Positions 59,179-64,000 of a stretch of DNA of 64,000 bases are shown here, one piece after another; the first letter of the stretch is position 1, and each line of letters starts with the position of its first letter. The notes under the pieces are model-generated. The model did not search any database, was not told where the DNA came from, and worked only from the letters and a program-made list of their open reading frames with translations. The position numbers and the translations under genes were made by a program. This DNA comes from a candidate division WWE3 bacterium. GTDB taxonomy: Bacteria > Patescibacteriota > WWE3 > UBA101185 > UBA10185. The stretch is from positions 25,586 to 89,585 of the forward strand of contig JAAZNV010000007.1 of assembly GCA_012798115.1 (NCBI GenBank). Reading direction: 5' to 3'.

Positions 59179-59976
59179 TTAATTGCTTTCTGGACTTTTG
59201 TAATTTTTTATAATATCTGCAAAATGATTTACTCCTTCACACCATGATCCATCAGATGGTGGTGTATATGTCTTCATTATCTCACATGTGTTTGTTATAC
59301 CTTTTGAAAAAAACTTAGTTGAAAGATACTTTGATACAGTTTCTATGCCTCTTGCCCAGTTGTCAAATGAAAATGTTATATCTCCATACACTGCCCACCC
59401 CCATGCATTATATGTTTCCATCCCATTTACCTTGGGAGTGTTTTTTCCACAGCTTGATTCTTGAAAAGCAATGGAAGCTACTAACCACCATGGTATATTG
59501 TTTTTATCTGCTTCATACACAAATACATCTCCCATTCCTTCAAGAGGACAATTAAACATTTTAAACACTTCATTTATCTTTTGAGCTCTTGAATCTTTTG
59601 AATAAATTGTTGTTGTTGATTGTGAAAGAACAAGAGGTCTAGATGAATAAATAGCATATTTTGTTGTGTCTTGTGGCTTAGCCTTTTGAGGAGTAACCAT
59701 TAAGGTTATTAAGAAAGAAAATATAAAAACTACAGAAACAGAAGCCCATACTGTAGTTACATTTTTGCTTATTGTATTAGGTTTTATTCTTGACTTAACT
59801 TTTGAGATTAAACTTTCTTTAGTTAGAGTGATTACACTTGTAGATTGTATTTCAATAAGTGAGGTTAAAGTATCTTTTTTACGATTAGTCTTTTCCAACC
59901 ATTCTTTTTTAGGTTCTTTTAGTTTTAGCTTCTTGCCATTTTTATAGAAACATTTTCTAGAAATACTTGATTCCAT
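59179..59976 (-). CDS. membrane-anchored GH73-like peptidoglycan hydrolase (paralog of 57673..58239)
   Basis: ASIAFQESSCGKN, YNAWGWAVYG, FDNWARGIETV, YTPPSD blocks shared with paralog. Confidence 0.5.
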   Translation of the reverse strand: MESSISRKCFYKNGKKLKLKEPKKEWLEKTNRKKDTLTSLIEIQSTSVITLTKESLISKVKSRIKPNTISKNVTTVWASVSVVFIFSFLITLMVTPQKAKPQDTTKYAIYSSRPLVLSQSTTTIYSKDSRAQKINEVFKMFNCPLEGMGDVFVYEADKNNIPWWLVASIAFQESSCGKNTPKVNGMETYNAWGWAVYGDITFSFDNWARGIETVSKYLSTKFFSKGITNTCEIMKTYTPPSDGSWCEGVNHFADIIKNYKSPESN

Positions 59977-60291
59977 ATTGTTAGGTTACATTACCATATG
60001 TATTAAAAATTATTCAAGATGACAAATGTACACACTGCGAATGAATAAATTAACCGCCTTTGGTAAAGAAAGGCAGCTACTTGTTTTTACTTGTACATAT
60101 GCATATTTATACCAATTTCTTTTATCTTTTGACACAATGTATCAGATAAGTTTAAAAGTTACAAAGGTTTAAAGCAGAAATACGTTAACTGATTGGTCTA
60201 AATATTTTTTATTAACCTGCGTTAGCAGATGGTATTTATAGTTCCCAGCACCTACTGCGTTTTTAGCAACTGGTACACCACCTACAAGACT

Positions 60292-61377
60292 TTATCCTGT
60301 TATATTAAGCAATTGTGGAAAGGAGTATACATTTGGTCTGATTCCTGACCCTTTTTCTTCTAGATTTATAACAATACTGGTTAACTTTCTTAAAATATCT
60401 TTTGCAGTACTATCATTAATTTTAGTTTGTCTAATGAACTGAGATGTATTGAAATATGGATAAGAGAATATAAAGTCTAGAACTTTAATGTTATATTTTG
60501 AATTAGTTAGCCGGGCAATCTCTTCTTTTTTCTGGTTGTATAGTAAGTGGATACCTTTGGCTTTCTCAATATTAATTTGTGATTGTTCAATTACTGCACG
60601 TAAAAAGTAAGCAATCCAGCTATTCCAATCTCCTTTTTGAGAAATGTTAAGTAATTTTAGATAATATTCATCTCTGTTCCTTTCAAAGAAGGAACTAAGA
60701 TAAAACATTGGAGTTGAGAGTACCTTCTTGTAGTATAAGAACAATGGCATTATTATTCTTCCCACTCTACCATTGCCATCCCAAAACGGATGAATAATTT
60801 CAAATTGAGCATGGATAATTGCTAGTTGAACCAATGGATCTTTTTCCTCTATGTGTATATATGACTCAAAATTAGAAAAATACTTAGGTACTTCCTTCGC
60901 TTCAGGAGGAATAAATTTAGCCTCTTGAATTGTGGTACCTGCTTTGCCTATATAAACTCGCCCAGATCTAAACTCACCTAATATACCTGTGTTGGACCTC
61001 ACATCGGATAGTAGTATTTTATGAATTTCTTTTATAAGTCGAGCACTTAATGGTATTTCATCTAGTTTAGATGTTGCATACATTAAAGCCTTACGGTAGT
61101 TTAGTACTTCTTTTATATCTTCCCTCTTCTCTTCGAACTTCTTAGGATTTGCTTCATACTCCAATACCTCTTCTAAGGATGCTTGTGTTCCTTCAATCTT
61201 TGACGAAACAACAGCCTCTTGAGTAGTTAACGGAGATAACAACACTTTGGGGTTTGGGATTCCCTGGAGTAGTCCATCAAACTCTGCTATTCTAGCTCTA
61301 GCATTTCCAATAAGAGGTATAAATTCTACCCAATTCAAATCTTTAAGCGGAAGATTTTCTGGCATGAAAGCTTGCAT
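60292..61377 (-). CDS. Fic-family protein (class II, N-terminal SxxxEG inhibitory motif) with C-terminal wHTH-like region
   Basis: Fic motif HPFWDGNGRVGR; N-terminal VSSKIEGT inhibitory-helix motif. Confidence 0.85.
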   Translation of the reverse strand: MQAFMPENLPLKDLNWVEFIPLIGNARARIAEFDGLLQGIPNPKVLLSPLTTQEAVVSSKIEGTQASLEEVLEYEANPKKFEEKREDIKEVLNYRKALMYATSKLDEIPLSARLIKEIHKILLSDVRSNTGILGEFRSGRVYIGKAGTTIQEAKFIPPEAKEVPKYFSNFESYIHIEEKDPLVQLAIIHAQFEIIHPFWDGNGRVGRIIMPLFLYYKKVLSTPMFYLSSFFERNRDEYYLKLLNISQKGDWNSWIAYFLRAVIEQSQINIEKAKGIHLLYNQKKEEIARLTNSKYNIKVLDFIFSYPYFNTSQFIRQTKINDSTAKDILRKLTSIVINLEEKGSGIRPNVYSFPQLLNITG

Positions 61378-61464
61378 ATGCCAATTGTATCATTTTCGGA
61401 TTTGACAAGGATATAAACCTCTTGGTCGAATCTGGAAAGCGATTGGCATATCATCCTTACCGTG

Positions 61465-62112
61465 CTACTTTGTTAGTTGCATTTTGTTTAAGAATTCGTT
61501 GAAATCATGCTTTGGCAAGACTTTCTCTACTTGATCTAAAAACCCTGATAAGTCACTGTTTAGGTAATACTCTAAGAAAGTGTCTATTCCTAATGTGTCT
61601 ACCACTTTTGCTAGTTCTGCTGTTTCAGTACTATATGCTGTCATTATTGAATAAACAGAGCTTTTGCTCTCCAAAGTACTTACAATGTTTCTAACAATAG
61701 CAGAAACCTTAGGTTTTATTTCCTTGGAGTTTACAGGCCCTATATCTTTTAAGAATGGGGTAGCAATTTCTGTTAAGAGTGTAGCAGCTACTTCATCGAT
61801 GTTTTTAGGTATAACATTAATATATAAATCTAAATCCTTTTCTTTTTCTTCCTTAATACTAAAACCATGAGCTAAGTACTCCTTTTCTTCTCCCATTTCG
61901 TCTAGCATTCTAATCGTCCTTCCTTTGGTAATAGCATGCATGATCTCATGGGTAAGAAAACCACCAGACTTAATATTTACTTGGTTTTCTATAACATTTG
62001 TTTCCTTGTTTGTTATTCCCTCGTTGCTATACTCAAGTACTATTGTTGAGGGCTGTTCTTGTTTGTTTAAGATTGTTACTGCTGCTATATTTGATTCAAT
62101 AGGGTTAACCAC
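61465..62112 (-). CDS. hypothetical protein with HExxH zinc-metallopeptidase motif
   Basis: GGFLTHEIMHAITKG; 215 aa; directly upstream of Fic gene in same orientation. Confidence 0.4.
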   Translation of the reverse strand: MVNPIESNIAAVTILNKQEQPSTIVLEYSNEGITNKETNVIENQVNIKSGGFLTHEIMHAITKGRTIRMLDEMGEEKEYLAHGFSIKEEKEKDLDLYINVIPKNIDEVAATLLTEIATPFLKDIGPVNSKEIKPKVSAIVRNIVSTLESKSSVYSIMTAYSTETAELAKVVDTLGIDTFLEYYLNSDLSGFLDQVEKVLPKHDFNEFLNKMQLTK

Positions 62113-62123
62113 CCCATGGTGTT

Positions 62124-62660
62124 TTAGATATCAGGGAAGCTACTGCCATCTAGAACAAGAACTTTTATGTTCTTCTGGTTAGGTGAAAGTTTAATATCAA
62201 ATATATTTTCTATTGTGTTAATCTTCTTGTCACTTTCTTCTTGTACTTTTTCTATTGCTAATGTTAAGTTGTTCTTACATCTTTCATAGATGTTCCAGGC
62301 ATAGAGCGGATCTATGCTAATCTTCTTGGTCTCTTCTTTTATTATTGTGTTATAGATATGCCTATTGTTCATCCTATCAAATGTGATTATCTCGTCTGAA
62401 AGTATATAAGAAAACAAGTCTTTATCCTCAAAGCCACATCTTGATATTCTAAGTAGTTTATCCGTGCAAGTAGCTATATTTGGCCATAGTAAAGATTCTT
62501 CTTTATCTTTCTTAAAATCTTCAAATCTTTCACTAAATTTCTTATAATCTGCTCTAGATTCCTTCTTTATTACTTCAGTATTCCTTCCAATAGGAAAGCT
62601 GTCAAAGCTATAAAGATCATTAGAAATTGGTAATTTTTCTGAGTTGCTTATTCCTTTCAC
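62124..62660 (-). CDS. hypothetical protein
   Basis: 178 aa, first gene after tRNA-Pro, 11-nt gap to HExxH gene. Confidence 0.35.
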   Translation of the reverse strand: MKGISNSEKLPISNDLYSFDSFPIGRNTEVIKKESRADYKKFSERFEDFKKDKEESLLWPNIATCTDKLLRISRCGFEDKDLFSYILSDEIITFDRMNNRHIYNTIIKEETKKISIDPLYAWNIYERCKNNLTLAIEKVQEESDKKINTIENIFDIKLSPNQKNIKVLVLDGSSFPDI

Positions 62661-62724
62661 AATAACAATTATAGGTGTGTATCTTTTTACTACAATAAGT
62701 AGATTGTTTAAGAGATGATGTTTA

Positions 62725-62801
62725 TGGTCGGGGTGACAGGACTTGAACCTGCGACCTCACGGTCCCAAACCGTGCGCTCTAGCCAACTGAGCTACACCCC
62801 G
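62725..62801 (-). tRNA. tRNA-Pro (anticodon TGG)
   Basis: acceptor CGGGGTG/CACCCCG, anticodon loop TTTGGGA, T-loop GGTTCAAGTCC, encoded CCA. Confidence 0.9.
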
Positions 62802-62829
62802 TATTTTAGTATTCTACTATAAAAACAAC

Positions 62830-63516
62830 TTAAAAGAAGTTGATCCACTCATTTAAGATAATATCAAATGGATTTGACTCATATTCATCTCTAACATTAT
62901 GCATAAGATCAATGACATGTACTTTTACTGTATAAGTGCATAATTGATCTTTAGAACAAATTGGAGTTATGCTGTCCTTCTTGCTAATATTTCTGGAAAA
63001 CTCTGAAATTACAAAAACATCATTATCAATGAAGTAAGCTCTATCAAAATAACAATTTGCTCTTACTGAACAATCAAGAATTCTTGCATCAATAATCTTA
63101 TCTTCTTTTAGCCCATATAATCTTACTTGATTTGAAAGGATGTCTTCCCTATCTATGTTTCTATAATCTACAAAAATTTTTTCGCTTGGAGAAAATGCTA
63201 CTTTTTTAATATCTTTATGAGCATTAATAACACTTTCAAATTCTTCTTTTTTTCCTATCTCGTCAATAGAACTTACTGTCATCCATGTAGTATTATAGAT
63301 TTCGTTAGATTCTTTTAGTTTAAATTCATCTGCTTCTATATTTAATCCCTTGTTCTTTAAATTAGTAATCCATCTTTGAAACATCCTGTCATTTTCAACA
63401 TCAGTAGGAAGTTTTGATTTATCAACTGCTTTTTCTTGCTTTATATTAGAAAAAACTCCAATTGCTATGGATGTGAATATTAAAACTATAATTAAAACAT
63501 CAATATGTTTCTTCAT
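62830..63516 (-). CDS. membrane-anchored hypothetical protein
   Basis: track ORF starts at TTG; first Met gives MKKHIDVLIIVLIFTSIAIGV signal-anchor. Confidence 0.4.
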   Translation of the reverse strand: MKKHIDVLIIVLIFTSIAIGVFSNIKQEKAVDKSKLPTDVENDRMFQRWITNLKNKGLNIEADEFKLKESNEIYNTTWMTVSSIDEIGKKEEFESVINAHKDIKKVAFSPSEKIFVDYRNIDREDILSNQVRLYGLKEDKIIDARILDCSVRANCYFDRAYFIDNDVFVISEFSRNISKKDSITPICSKDQLCTYTVKVHVIDLMHNVRDEYESNPFDIILNEWINFF

Positions 63517-63581
63517 ACAGTAATAATACCTCATTGATAGTAAGTGTTTAAATTCCAAGTTATAATTTAGGTACAATATCA

Positions 63582-64000
63582 ATGAATAGAATGCTTGAAC
63601 ACATAGAAAGAAAACTACCTTTAGCAGAGCTTGTGTCCTTGCTTTTGTTTCTTGTTTTTGTTCCCTTAATACAAAAAGTAAATTTTATGCAAAATGATGA
63701 TTGGAATAGAACCACCAGCGTAATTAGGTTCTTACATGGAGATTTTTCTTTAATTCAAAAAACAGCAACTACTTTTTACACTCAAGGAATTTTAGGGTGT
63801 TTGTTTTCACTTGTCTTTGGATGGAAGAAGCTTCCTTTTTTAACCTTATTATTTTCCGTCTTAAATTTTTACTTATTAATGAAGATACTGCTGAATCATT
63901 CTAATCTAAGTAAAATAAAATCTTGTATCTTGTCTCTTCTTTTATTTTTTACTCCTCTTCATATGTATTCATCAATTGGATTTATGACAGAAAACTATAC
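63582..64000 (+). CDS. integral membrane protein, partial (runs off window)
   Basis: ATG 63582, frame open to window end; hydrophobic segments LVSLLLFLVFVPL, GILGCLFSLVFGW, LLFSVLNFYLLMKILL. Confidence 0.4.
   Translation, partial: MNRMLEHIERKLPLAELVSLLLFLVFVPLIQKVNFMQNDDWNRTTSVIRFLHGDFSLIQKTATTFYTQGILGCLFSLVFGWKKLPFLTLLFSVLNFYLLMKILLNHSNLSKIKSCILSLLLFFTPLHMYSSIGFMTENY

Noticed and set aside
1-64000. CRISPR arrays, IS elements/transposases, integrases, rRNA genes
   Set aside because: No direct-repeat/spacer periodicity, no DDE/serine/tyrosine recombinase signatures and no rRNA-like conserved stretches were seen

Overview
AT-rich (~30-33% GC) window from a small-genome, Gram-positive-type or CPR-like bacterium using the standard genetic code. 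Gene density is high and there are no rRNA genes, CRISPR arrays or recognisable transposases.

Core content:
- Aminoacyl-tRNA synthetases: tyrS, a second tyrRS paralog, pheST and thrS.
- Ribosomal protein and ribosome-associated genes: rpsP-KH-trmD, rnc, nusB, rpmF, rpmB and the infC-rpmI-rplT operon.
- Other housekeeping genes: recG, rsmD, class A PBP, truB, clpP, tig, iscS-iscU-mnmA, two M16 peptidases, an ABC exporter, tmk and thyX.
- Three minus-strand tRNAs: Val-GAC, Leu-TAG and Pro-TGG.

The main accessory block (9.4-20.4 kb) is a type IV pilus locus. It contains seven prepilin-type pilins, two PilX_N-like minor pilins and pilM-pilN-pilO. It is preceded by a 730-aa secreted, Cys-rich protein with a eukaryote-like thrombospondin type-1 (WSxWS) repeat and a Ser/Thr-rich stalk; I read this as a candidate pilus-associated adhesin and the most unusual protein here.

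Other observations:
- A ~290-nt GC-rich leader with a consensus sigma70 promoter and a textbook T-box antiterminator/terminator sits upstream of an AstE/AspA-family deacylase operon (0.8-2.1 kb).
- 52-63 kb is mosaic: a GC-richer lipoprotein/tmk-HD-thyX block, then tRNA-flanked defence-like genes (AbiV-like, class II Fic, HExxH protein), plus two paralogous GH73-like peptidoglycan hydrolases bracketing an EamA transporter.
- An AbiEii-like nucleotidyltransferase pair and two convergent orphan genes, one a LinB/ANT-like NTase-fold protein.
- An ACP homolog lacking the phosphopantetheine Ser.
- infC with an apparent AUA start codon.
- A trigger factor without a PPIase domain.
- Two TyrRS paralogs.
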